Assembly (NCBI GenBank): GCA_040437565.1
Contig: JBDOQK010000015.1
Span: 186,001 to 250,000 of the forward strand
DNA from: Albugo candida
Taxonomy: Eukaryota
Length of the DNA: 64,000 bases
Direction: 5' to 3'
The position numbers and the translations under genes were made by a program. Shown here piece by piece: positions 33,735-45,900 of this stretch. Within the stretch, counting starts at the first letter, position 1; the number at the start of each line of letters is the position of its first letter. The notes below the pieces were generated by a model. It had not been told where the DNA came from. It made no database searches and saw nothing but the letters and a program-made list of their open reading frames with translations.

Positions 33735-36004
33735 TTACATCGGATGGTGCCAAACTTCTTCGCATTGATACGCTTTCGGTGTCACTTGAATGACAACATG
33801 CAGAGGAATGTTGATTGTTGGACATTCAGATGGGTCTTTATTTGTGAGATATGCATACAACACCCGCAGGATAGCCTGATGAGCTACTATCAAAACCGGT
33901 TGATCCATTCGCATCAATTCTGTGATCACTGGTTCGAGTCGATGGATAACGTCTTGATATGATTCTCCTCGCGGATAGCGATAGTGCAATTTGTTATTTT
34001 TTCGTGCCAAATACTCTTCCGGCATCTCCTCAGCAACCTGCTCGTATGTCATTCCATCGCAAATACCTGCATCAATCTCATCCAATTGTTTCCATTTCAC
34101 CACAGCACGGCCACGAGCAGCAATTCGCTCTACTGTCATACCAGTGCGAAGCATTGTAGAGGTCCATACAGAAAGGTTCGTGTTGGGTGTGGGGTAATAA
34201 GTATTGATAAATCGATCCAGCTGCATAGCGTACTGCAGTCCTAAAGGGCTGAGCGGTGAATCCCCGCCAATTCGTTTCTGCGTATTGAACATGCTTTCTC
34301 CATGCCTCGTCAGCCAAATTGGACGTGGTCGAAGCTGTAAATTTGCCAGTAAGAACATAATTCGGGATTGTAAGTACCCATACACTTGATTGCAGAATAT
34401 TTGACGACCAACGTCAATCACTTTGATGAAAGGCACGTCCTCTTTATCCGCATTCATAGATTCATACGAATCTTGATAATGTGCGATTCGATGATAATAA
34501 TCTACGGCAGCTTCTTCAAGCGTTTGTGAAGCATAGTCTGCAGAGTTGAGTTTCATGTCATTAATTGTTGTCTTCAGTAACTCGACAGAATCGCAAACGG
34601 ACTCAATAAAAAGCATTTCGCATGTCGTTTTCTGTGCGACTTGATCCCTTAAAATGTTTCGACGTTCGACAGTCGCATTGGTTGCATCAAAAATGACACA
34701 GTGACACTCTTCGTGATTTAGTTCTGAGATGGCGTCTTCCAGGCAGCAATTTATAATTTCCAATCGTTTCTGATACATTTCTTCATTCTGTGGATCCCAA
34801 AATGCATGATTGATATTCGATCCCACAATTTTTCGACGATATTCGCCAGCATTAAACACTTTAGATTGATGACCCATCCAAGTCAGATGTCTCGCCAGAA
34901 TGTGGCCAATAAATGTTTTCCCACGCCCTGGCAAGCCGACCAAAAACAGCATCAGCTTACCAGCCGAGCGATTTCTTGTCTGCTTATCCGAATCCTGTGG
35001 AACCGCAATATATGACCGATGACCCCCTTTCTGCGCTCGACGATTATGCTCGTGTGTGACGAGATCACCACCAAAATGCTGTGTAGTAGCTGCTAATAAG
35101 ACGGAGCTAGAAATGACACTTTCGAGGTACCGAGAATAACGACGAGTAGTAGCCGGTGAGGTAATATCGCTATCATCATCTATTGCAGCCATAGCCGCAA
35201 GTGTCTGCTCACTTTTTGAACGCGTCATAGTTCCAGATCGTGAGCGGCCAGCGCTTGAGGCGGCTGTAACTACCGCTTGTGTTGGTGTGGATGTACCATT
35301 GGTTCCCACAAGAGTTTTCTCATCAATTGGTAGACCATATTCCGAGTCTTCATTCGTGTCTGTGGGCTGTGGTGCTGCAAGATTTATAGACGGCAGATCA
35401 TTAAGTGCGGTAGAGGTCGATTCCGTAGACTGTAAGTAATCATCTGGGGAGCTTGATAGTTCCGCGCGTACTTTAAAAAGTTCCTCTGTCGCTTGAGGGT
35501 TCATCGTTGGTAATTTGAGTCCATCTCGAAGTATCGTTTTAATTGGTGTCTGAAGCGCTGTGGACTCTCCCTGCGAAAACGCATTTTCCACACGTATGAA
35601 ATTATTCAAATTACCAAACTGATCCGGTGCGAATACAATTTCGGGATCGTATTTCCAAGCTCCATCCACGCAATATTTAAAGAAATGTATACCAGCGGGT
35701 AAAAAGAGCGTTATCTCGAATTTTGTAGTATTACAATGAAGCGGTATCTGTGAGCCCCAGCTACATGTGATGATATTAGAGACATTATCTTTATTATCAA
35801 AATTACATACTTATTGAAAGTACCAGTGATTCCAACCGATGATGCATCTGGCTGAGACCAGTGAAATTTGCAGGGATAAAGACCTTCTCCAGCACTTTGT
35901 ATGCTTAGAGAGGGTTCCATCTGGTCTGATACCAGTTTTTCCACTACTTCACCCCTTTTACTGTCAGCTTCATCCGATAGATTTTCAATGCAATCCCCGT
36001 TCAT
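33735..36004 (-). CDS. PFKFB: 6-phosphofructo-2-kinase/fructose-2,6-bisphosphatase with N-terminal AMPK-beta-type CBM48
   Basis: VGLPGRGKT, FDATN, WLTRHGES, LDEIDAG and YPRGESY. The N-terminal exons have VGITGTFN..W and FKYCVDGAWKYDP...GNLNNFI. Confidence 0.92.
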
Positions 36005-36344
36005 AATCATACTAAAGCAAAAGCCAGCGCGTAATAAGCCCGAAATTAGAGAGAATCAAAGTACCGTAACCGGAGAAAGTATTCATCCTACATCTCATCG
36101 TATGCGTAAGGGATAGGGCTTCAATTTTCTATATTCAAATATAGAACAAAACGACCTGTCCTTGAAATAAATTCAGTTCATACCTGATCCAATGAGCATC
36201 TGCAATTATAGGAACTAGGGGATAGGCACCCACCTCCGTTTTGTGATTCATCCTTCTTACTAAAAGCTGACTATAATCAGACCCACTTTACGATAAGAAT
36301 TTACGTTCGCATCTGAGGCTGTTGTTTTCGATTTTCCTCTTAAG

Positions 36345-38679
36345 ATGCAGTCACCGAGGAATCAGAACATGAATACGTTCAATGAACCGCCCTCTGAACG
36401 AGTTTGGAAGGATACCACTGCTGGTGAGACATACGGGTCTTATTTTGCTGATCAAAATGAACAGATGCGCCGATCCAACCGAACTACTTTTTCGGGGACC
36501 AATGGTGGAGCTCACCACGCTGATATCGCAGTCGGGCTACTGGATTCAGGGGAGAATGTGCTTCGTAAACCGCATTATACTGGGCGCAAACGTACTTGGC
36601 CGGGAGCTTTATTTTTGCTTCTTCTCATTTTCACATCGCTGGCATTGATCACGTACTATGGAATACAAACGCATTCCGAATCTAAAGAGCAAGAAGAACT
36701 TTCTCAGGAAATCATTGGAAGAGGACGAAGGAGAAAAAAGGCCCTTCCGCCAAAAGGTAAGAGTTTGTGCACAATGCAAAGGTTTTTATATGCTGATCGA
36801 TTGTATTAGTTTGTGTGGTACCAAATTATGTCACTTCGGGGACCAAAATATACGCGAAACATGGATCAGTCAAACATGAAGTCCATTTCACAGGTGTCAA
36901 TTGGAGTGGAATGGAAAACATAGAAGGTATACCGCACGGTCTTGCCTACAAACAAAGTGATGTGGTACGTGGCTTCAAGTCGTAAACGGTCGATTGCATC
37001 GTTTAACATTGAATGAGTAGGACACTATTGCGCAAAAATTGGCCAAGCATAAATTCAATGCTGTGCGACTCCCACTGAATGCGAAAATGATTATTGAAGA
37101 TTCACCTGTAGACACAAAAGACTTTTTGAATGTATATCAGAATCCGGATCTTGTTGTGGAAACTTATGTCGATATGATTAAGAAAGTTGTTCAAGCACTC
37201 GCAAAACAGCAGATTGTTGTTCTATTGGATATACACAAAATTGATCCTGAGTTCAAAGAGGACACTTCCGAGCATCTGTGGTACACGAAAGAATTTCCCA
37301 TCGAAGTTATGCTGAAAATGTATCAGAAATTAGCGTCCGAATTGTGCAATGAATTTTACTACAACATTGTCGGAATCGACATCAAAAATGAGCCGATTGG
37401 AGGATGCTGGCCTGCAAAAGCAGGATCCAAAGAATGCCCTCCGAATAGAGACTGGCCACGTGCAGTCGAAGCAATTGGTAATGCGATTCTAGAAGTCTGT
37501 CCAAACTGGCTTATTGTCGCTGAAGGTCTGTACGCTCAGAATATCAAGGCGACAATCAATGGAAAATCTGTTGTATACAGCGACTGGTATGGAGCCAGTG
37601 CTTCGAATGCTACTCTCAACCCAATCGTGCTAAGCATACCAAACAAGGTTGCATTCGCTGTACACTGGTACTCTCCGAGTGTGTACCCGACAAGTGTTTA
37701 TTTCCAGTCGCAGAAAACCGAGAAGGATGGAAGCATATCAGTGGTTGAATACCCTACGACACCTGCTGGAGATGCATTGTTGCACTCAGGCATGAAGACG
37801 ATCATGGATAAAGCATTTGGCCAATTGCTTGATTTAGCAGAAGCGCCCGTCTTCTACGGTGAGTTTGGTGGTATTTATGGCAAGGCCGAATTACTTCCTG
37901 GGAAAACAAGTACCAGAGCAATCGAATATATGATGGAGTACGGGTCAGCAAGAGGTATGGTCGGAGGTTTTATCTGGTCTTTGAATCCCGATGGGCATTA
38001 TGCATTCAATGACAAATATGAGACGGATGATCCATTCCAGTACGGTCTTTANNNNNNNNNNNNNNNNNNNNNNNNNNNNNNNNNNNNNNNNNNNNNNNNN
38101 NNNNNNNNNNNNNNNNNNNNNNNNNNNNNNNNNNNNNNNNNNNNNNNNNNNGGTGGTATTTATGGCAAGGCCGAATTACTTCCTGGGAAAACAAGTACCA
38201 GAGCAATCGAATATATGATGGAGTACGGGTCAGCAAGAGGTATGGTCGGAGGTTTTATCTGGTCTTTGAATCCCGATGGGCATTATGCATTCAATGACAA
38301 ATATGAGACGGATGATCCATTCCAGTACGGTCTTTATGCCGATAAAACCTACCAGGATTTCCATGACGATTATTCTGTAGCCCTCCAACAGTTAGAAGGG
38401 AATGGAGTCATCCCCTGTTTTACAAGGGATGGATCCATCAGTAAGTCAGCAAAGAGCAATGGTACGACAACTGCGGTCACAAGTTCTGATGATGAGACAC
38501 CACCGGCTGTAGCCACAGCGTTACCAGCGGAAGGCGTGCCAGCAACGTCCACAGCATTACCAGTCGGAGGCGTACCAGCAACGTCCACCGTGCTACCAGC
38601 AGCTCCATTAGCAGCCCAACCACGAGCTGCAGCCCCTGTGACCCCTGCAGCCCGTGCAGCACCTTTACCAGCTGTATAA
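36345..38679 (+). CDS. GH5 glycoside hydrolase (cellulase-like), type II membrane anchored, multi-exon
   Basis: TM helix near residues 87-105; GVNWSGME, FNAVRLP, LLDIH, IKNEP (acid/base Glu) and YGEFGG (nucleophile Glu); Pro/Ala/Thr-rich tail. Confidence 0.9.
38512..38601 (+). repeat. Coding tandem repeat, 36-bp unit, about 2.5 copies
   Basis: Encodes ATALPAEGVPAT/STALPVGGVPAT/STVLPA. Confidence 0.8.
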
Positions 38680-38778
38680 GGTTTCGGCCACACAGACGGT
38701 GTCATGAAGAAGAAATACAGCCTGTGTAGTGCACTACACATTTTGTAAATAAATTGAATTTTTTAAACCTCAATTTTT

Positions 38779-39571
38779 CTATGCGATTGTTTTCAGACGC
38801 TTGGCACTTCCCATTTCGTACGCTTTACAAGCCATTTCAATCTCATGATTCTTTTGCAACAACTGTTCGTATTTGCGTCGATACGAAGTCAGCTTCTTGC
38901 TATTCAGGAGCTGAAACTGCTTCCTTTCTTGATTTAATTGGTCCAAAGCTGCTTTACGGTTTGTATGCTCATTGGTGTATCTACAACACGATCATTAGCA
39001 CCATAAAGAGAACACACTTTACAAAACGCAAAAACGTAACTCTTTTTGTAGCTGCTCCAACACTGCAACCTTGCATTTCCATACATTTGAGACGTATTTC
39101 TGCTCCAATTCTAAATTCAAAACTCTAAAGGAAACCGCGTCGTTATTACTGATAAAATGTGACGAATATCACCCACTCATTGTGTCGATGCTCAATGAGT
39201 ATTTTCATTTGATCATTCGCCTGCTTCCAGGCCTTGGCACTACCGGCATTTTTCCTGCTTGGTTCATAGATAGAGTGCTGATTGTATCGATTCATATCTA
39301 TCGCATTCAGCGCAACTTGAGCTTGCACTCGTTTCCATTCTTTTAACAATCTCGCTCGATTTTGGAACGTCGGAGTGTAATCCGGCAAAAATGCGATGTA
39401 TTCATTTAAGTTTGGAGTGAATGTGTTCATTTCTTTCTCTATTTGGCGCTGTGCCTTAATACGAGCTTCCGCATCGTTCCATTCCGTGTCGATATACCCA
39501 AGAGCGTCAATCAAAGACTTATTTTGGAGAAGCAGCGGGCATGTTGTTGGGCTTTTAAGCACTTTGGCCAT
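38779..39571 (-). CDS. BCAS2: Pre-mRNA splicing factor SPF27/BCAS2, multi-exon
   Basis: IDALGYID, IEKEM, AIDMNRY, and C-terminal KNHEIEMAC. Confidence 0.85.
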
Positions 39572-40006
39572 TTTAAGCGATATACGGATNNNNNNNNNNN
39601 NNNNNNNNNNNNNNNNNNNNNNNNNNNNNNNNNNNNNNNNNNNNNNNNNNNNNNNNNNNNNNNNNNNNNNNNNNNNNNNNNNNNNNNNNATTTTAAGCGA
39701 TATACGGATATCAACCAATCGCCGCAAAATGCTGATTTGGGCCTTCCACGAGCCTAAATTATCGACGCAAGCGCGTTTTAGTGGGACAAAATAGGTGATA
39801 ATACCTGCATTCTGATGTATTAGTGGGCGTGAATCTTTAGCGCTATTGTATACATTTATGGCTTGAGTATGACATTACAGTAAAAAATGAGATTTCCAGT
39901 CCAATCACATTACTGGCGACAGTTGAGTGAGGTGACGGATCGAGTGTGCGACACCTCACGACATAAAGGTTTGCATATTTCTCATTCATTCCTAGTTTTG
40001 TTTCGA

Positions 40007-40447
40007 ATGGCGCATCTTTTAAAAATCGCAAAACCGGTGCTCGGCCGAAAGCCTTATTGTATTATCAAGTATGCTCATGTGGAACACTTAGGAAGTTCCA
40101 CCCTGCTTTCCACTCAACGTTTTGTATCGATTTTGCTGCCCGGGAGGACACAGGCTCTTGATACTAACAATTTAGCTCGTACTTTTGCAAATAAAGCAAA
40201 GGGTGAAGGGTATCAAGGAACGAACAAGTCAAAGGAGGAGCTTGAAATGGATGAAAGTCGACAATACTCTGCAAGTAATGCTCAGGTCGACAAAAAGGGC
40301 GCTGATTCCTACCCGGAGAAACTCAAATCATCGCACAAAGTGTCAGCAAATGAGGAAAATAATACAGACACCGAATCATCTGATACAGGAAAATCGAGAA
40401 CCGCCAAAAGCAAAGAGAAAGAATCCTCGCTACCAACTTATAGCTAA
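40007..40447 (+). CDS. Hypothetical protein, presequence-like N-terminus with hydrophilic disordered tail (may contain an intron)
   Basis: ATG at 40007 and protein-like composition only. Confidence 0.45.
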   Translation: MAHLLKIAKPVLGRKPYCIIKYAHVEHLGSSTLLSTQRFVSILLPGRTQALDTNNLARTFANKAKGEGYQGTNKSKEELEMDESRQYSASNAQVDKKGADSYPEKLKSSHKVSANEENNTDTESSDTGKSRTAKSKEKESSLPTYS

Positions 40448-40784
40448 TTACCGATATTTAGCCTCAAGATTCTTACTTGTCCTAAAATTTTAATTGAAAG
40501 CGTAGTTGTACCCCGGTTACTATAGTGAGGCCTCTATCTCTTGCATTCTTTTTGTGTGTCTTCAAAAGAGCTGAGGGGTTCAAGGTAATTTTACGAGACT
40601 TGCTGTCGACTCTAAAACAAACAAGATTTCCTTATTTTAGCTTCAAGTTGTGAATGAATACCACGATTACGAAAAGCTAAAAAAGTCTTCGCGTGTCATA
40701 CCTTTGCGAACGTCACTATGATATTATACTATATTATAAAGGTTCAGCGATTCCAAGGTGGTTGGCCAACCATTCCACATCCGC

Positions 40785-42623
40785 ATGGATTCCTCTGAGG
40801 TTACTTTGAAACTCCGCGATGGGAAGAATCCTACTCCCCAAATGGTTGCATTAGAGCTACCTCTGTACGTACAGCAATTAGATCGCGTCCAAGAACTCTT
40901 TGGAGGTGTAGAAACAATGCAGAAAAAGCATCAATCTAAATCGCGTTTTTTGCCCATTAAACTCCGGCCATCCGAGGCTTCCTGTAAACCACTACATGCA
41001 GACTTGAGTACAACGCAGTCCATTGTATTGCGCATTAGACGGAAAAAAAATCGATCAGAACCGTCCAATGTGAATGTAGAGGTCGTAGGAATCATGCACG
41101 ACAAATATATGTGTCAGGGAATGGCCGATTTCCAGTATCTGACAGCAAAGCGATTCGTTCCTGCTCCACCGTCGAAAATACCCGATGATGAATTGAAAGA
41201 TAGAAGCAAACGTTACGAGCACCGTCTTGACGAAAGGAAGCGACAGTTGAGCCCATATTTGAACGTTAAACAACAAAAAGACTTGGAGCTGCTTCCTGAA
41301 GTATTCTCTAGAATCGATGTACCGCTCAAATATCAATTCAAACAGCGTCCAGGATACAAAAGTGCCGATTGCGAGAAAAAGAAGTTTTCGGGTGCAATAG
41401 ACTTTCTCGACTTTCATGACAAGGCAGACGTTCCCATGCCACCAGATCCAACCGAAAAACTTGAAATCAGAATTCGTACGGTTGGTGAAATAGAGTCTGA
41501 GATTGTCAGCGATGTTCTCGACAATATACAGCGTAAGTTGGTGAAAAAACCGATCTGGCTTCGTTCTACCATGCTCGACGGTTTTGGTCCCTTAGAGTGC
41601 CGTGTAGCCCGTCATATTCTTTGTCGGCTCTGTTATGTTTTTCTCGACGGACCATGGCGATGGTCTTGGATCAAGAAAGGTTATGATCCCCGTCGTACAC
41701 AAGAAGGTGCGCGTTACCAGGTGGTCGAAATGAGAAGTGCCCAGCAATTACTACAGGGCAAAGTGAATCGTCATGGTAAAGTTCGTGGACGGAACAGGGC
41801 AAAAGTCCATAGAGGAAACGCTAGAGAACCACTGGAAATGGAAGAAGATACTGAGCCTTCGAAGAGAATGAGAGCGAGACTGAAAAAAGTTATCAAATAC
41901 TCTGATGAAAGCACGGCAGCAAGCGCCCATCCGCGACGAAAGGATCAGAATTCAGTCGTCAAATTGGACCACATTGCGATTGGCGCAACTTCCTCAACTG
42001 AAAATAGTGAAGCAAAAGAGCCTCGGGCTGGAGACTTGCTATATAAAGAAGATGCTTCTGGCCTTCCAGCACAAACAATCTTTGGTATCCCGATCCGAGT
42101 AGGGAACCTATGCTTTCAGGTGAGCGAGGTTGACGATCCAGAGATCAAGGCGTGGATCGACAAATTTGATGTGCTACAAGAAAAACCGAATATCACTCAC
42201 GGATGGTATTCACCTCACATGTTTACAGCACTCCGGGAAATGATCCGATTTCGCGTTGCTTGTATGGTACAACGTCCCCGAGAAGAACTTGAATCTATGA
42301 GAAAAAGCATTGGACAATTACAAAGCGACGCTTTGGAGAATTATGAAAAAGCACTCAAGTCTGGCGGAAAGTTACATCAAACTGAGAGTTTGCGGCAAAA
42401 TATTGGAGATATAGAAAGTATCGATGATATGGACATCGATAAAGTTGGAGGGGAGGGCGAAGAGGAGGAGGAGGAGGAGGAGGAGGAGGAAGAAGAAGAG
42501 GAAGACGCACCAATTATACTTGATGGCGATGAAAATTATGATATGGACCTCGATAACGGAGATATTAGCGATAATAATGTGGAGAGTGTGAATAATGTTG
42601 AAGGAGTAGAATACACTTTTTGA
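40785..42623 (+). CDS. GTF3C5: TFIIIC subunit tau95 (Tfc1/GTF3C5)
   Basis: ALELPLYV, GMADFQY, PEVFSRIDVP, KPIW, YVFLDGPWR.SWIKKGYDPR and an acidic tail. Confidence 0.88.
   Translation: MDSSEVTLKLRDGKNPTPQMVALELPLYVQQLDRVQELFGGVETMQKKHQSKSRFLPIKLRPSEASCKPLHADLSTTQSIVLRIRRKKNRSEPSNVNVEVVGIMHDKYMCQGMADFQYLTAKRFVPAPPSKIPDDELKDRSKRYEHRLDERKRQLSPYLNVKQQKDLELLPEVFSRIDVPLKYQFKQRPGYKSADCEKKKFSGAIDFLDFHDKADVPMPPDPTEKLEIRIRTVGEIESEIVSDVLDNIQRKLVKKPIWLRSTMLDGFGPLECRVARHILCRLCYVFLDGPWRWSWIKKGYDPRRTQEGARYQVVEMRSAQQLLQGKVNRHGKVRGRNRAKVHRGNAREPLEMEEDTEPSKRMRARLKKVIKYSDESTAASAHPRRKDQNSVVKLDHIAIGATSSTENSEAKEPRAGDLLYKEDASGLPAQTIFGIPIRVGNLCFQVSEVDDPEIKAWIDKFDVLQEKPNITHGWYSPHMFTALREMIRFRVACMVQRPREELESMRKSIGQLQSDALENYEKALKSGGKLHQTESLRQNIGDIESIDDMDIDKVGGEGEEEEEEEEEEEEEEEDAPIILDGDENYDMDLDNGDISDNNVESVNNVEGVEYTF
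42459..42503 (+). repeat. (GAG/GAA)n coding microsatellite, poly-Glu
   Basis: Directly visible in the sequence. Confidence 0.9.
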
Positions 42624-42955
42624 GCGTTAGATTACGTACTCAAGTAACGACAGAGGTAATGGGTGCAACACCGTGCTAAACGACATGAACATACGGAATA
42701 AAGTCGTTTTGTTTTGTATCTGTTTGATTAAGTGAATGATTGTTGCGCTATCTGACGCGCAAATTACACGAAAAAAGAGGAGCATGTTATTTATAAATGA
42801 TAACCCTGCGATCGTCGCGTAACTCAGGGTTTGGGGGAGAAGGCATCAACCCTGACTATATCACGACAGATTAGGGTATAAATATACCGTTGAAATCATA
42901 GACAATTGCAATTACGCACTCTTTATGTTTTGACGTAAAAAAGTAATCACACGAA

Positions 42956-45900
42956 ATGGAAGACGGCAGCAGCTCGAGCGCAACTTTTTTGAGACTCACC
43001 GAAACAGAGGGAATAAAGACTGATCATGAGCCAATCGAATTACGAAATGCAGAAACAGAAACAGAAGTAACAGAGATTTCAGAGAGGCAAGCGAGTCACA
43101 AAATCAGCAAATTTGCAGGACTCCCACTCAACACAATCGAAACCAATGGGCACAATCTAGATATCATACTCGAAAACAGTCAGAGTACCATACATACGGA
43201 TGACATTATCATGAGAGGATATCTGCGAAAGAGATATCGAAATAATTATTACATGGGCTCCTATCGGTTTTGCGTTTTGAGGGGAGTCTGTTTACGTTGG
43301 TTCATTTCTGAGGAAGACGCGACTACTGGAACTCGATGGCGAGGAGAAGAGTACGTAAAAGCAATAGAGCGATGGTCTGGATTCGGATCCATCCGCACCT
43401 ATCCTCACGCTTTTGCCATACACACAGAGAGTGGGAGAGTACTTTTATGCTCTGCATCGACTTTGAAAGAAAAGAAGAATTGGGTGGACGCCATTGAAAC
43501 CGCACTTAAGGCGTCCGGGTCGCGACATACATCAGCAACTTTTGGCATGCTGGAAGGGAACCCCGATGGAAGACGAATCGTGCCGGAAGATATTATACGT
43601 AATCATCAGAGATTGGGTTATGGTAACACCTTCTTGGGCAATGCCGACCAACCGATTCCTTCATCGGCAGATACGTCCAGTTTGGGCTTATCCACCGCAA
43701 ACAGTGCACAGACACAAGCTCCTCGAGAATGTTATCAATGCAAACATCACTTCAAGAAGTTTGTATCACGACGTATCGTATGCAGTTCGTGTAATTGGAC
43801 GTTTTGCAGACGCCACTGCCGTCAGTTTATCAGTCTTTATCACATTGAAAGTAACAACTCTTTCTTACGTCGTTGTTGTAATGGCTGTGTGATCCGACAA
43901 GATTTTTTAAAATATTTGGACTCTTTTATCAAATTTTTAAACGCGTTGGTACAAAAACGGCAAACTGTTAAAATGCTTATTGAAAGCAAGCTGTCTGAGG
44001 CAATAAGAGGAGATGGAACACCGAATCAGTTTCAATCCGAGTCGTACCCCTCCGTAGTGGAACGATTACGTACGGATCCAATGAGTCTCATCCGAACTAT
44101 TAAGATATTGTATCGGAGTCGTCGTGATCCGTGTTTATTTCGAATCGCCTGTGAACGACTTCCGTTTTATATTGAAAATAGTATTGATCGTGTGGAAACC
44201 TTATGGTATCAAATATTACATCTGGTTCAGTGCTTGGAAGACGACATTGACGTCTCTTTTATCCAAATTTTCTATCTTAAGCGATACATACGAGCTGTTT
44301 GCAGAAGGTCTCCGCGTATCGCATTACAAACAATTTGGAACACTCAAGCATCACTCAATGATATCACCTCACATAACTCCAACTTGTTACTAGAAGTACT
44401 CGCGTTTACTTTTCCTCCCACCAGATTGAGGCTCACCTCAGACAATGACATCGAATGTCCAGACTTGTGGTCCGATATGATTTTAATGGACAGTCCTGAT
44501 CATCAGAGATGTGCGATCATCGCGAGGTTGATGCATGTCAGTCGATATGTGGAGGGAATAATCCAGGAAGACGGAGAAGAGGCCTGGGTCGATCGCTGGC
44601 TCAATGCGAATTCTCCTCAAGAATTTCAAAAAAGTGCCAAAGAACTCCATGAAACAGGGATATCGCTATGTGAGCAGCAAACGAGCATCACGTACGAGTC
44701 GTTGGATGTTCCAAGTCTGCAGAAAGATGCTGAGAAAATCAATGCCGGCTCACTAGTGTTTGAAGACTTGGTCATGAAACAGGTACAATTTGTCAAGTCT
44801 TTGGCCGCAATTAGCGATGGATTGCGTGGTGTGTACCCGGAGAAACGTCGATCTGTTGTGTTGGAAGAAGAATTGATCCGACTGAATGAGCAATTGCATG
44901 ACACTTTATACCCATTGAGCAGTGCATCCGACGAGCTCTACAGAGTACTTCGAGTTCCTCCGACTGAAGGAAAGGTCTTTATGACAAAAGAACGAGCGCC
45001 TACAATGCTCTTGGTGGAGACAGTACCGCTACATGCAAGAGATGAAGCTGTTTATGGTGATGATGACCGCATTTTACGTCCATTTCTCAGCTCGTCACGG
45101 CTAAGTTGTACGATTTTGGATTTTGAAATGGATGAGAAAAAGTATGTGCCAGAAGCACCAACGTCACTGCATTTGGATGAATTGGATGATGAAGCGAGTC
45201 AATTCACGGATTCTCAGTGTTCTGTGAAGACAGCGCCGTGGTTGACTCCTTGTGCACGCAGTACATCCGCACGAGCTCAAAGAAGCACGGAAATGTGGAG
45301 AGAGTTCTCAACCGATGTGGAGGACGATGGTCCCGAGTATAGTCAGACTATGATAAACACACACCCAGCACGTTCCAGCGTACATCACGACAGCAGTCAT
45401 TTTCGGGAAGCAGAAGGAGATACGGGCTCTTTTCGTCGTAAAAGTCATCACGACGTTGGTGAGAGTCTGGTGTATAACTGCAACGTCTACGGCGAGAGTT
45501 GGAAGGACAAGCAGGAACGTATACGCAGGAATTCACCCGTGGGTAACTTACCTGGCTGGAAGCTGTTCACTATCATCGTGAAAACCAATGATGATCTGAG
45601 GCAGGAAATGTTCACCATGCAGATCATACAAAAGTTTCAAAGTGTTTTTCAACGCGAGAATCTGCCTTTATGGCTTCGAACGTATCGTATCGTTGCAACT
45701 GGAGCGAATATCGGTCTATTGGAAACGATCACGGATGCATGCTCGTTGGATCATTTGAAAAAGAGCTTTGGAAATGGAGAGAAAACACTTTACGAGTACT
45801 TTCAGGCAGCTTATGGAGACACCCGATCGATGACTGTGTCGAAATACGTCGCCGAGGTTGGGCTCGAAGAAGCGCGGAATAATTTCATCAACAGTATGGC

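Noticed and set aside
37867-38336. Internal duplication in the GH5 gene
   Set aside because: 185-bp overlap across an N-gap; artefact.
42800-42880. AACCCT/AGGGT telomere-like inverted motifs upstream of PI4K
   Set aside because: Only short imperfect copies, which do not support an interstitial telomere or an ncRNA call.
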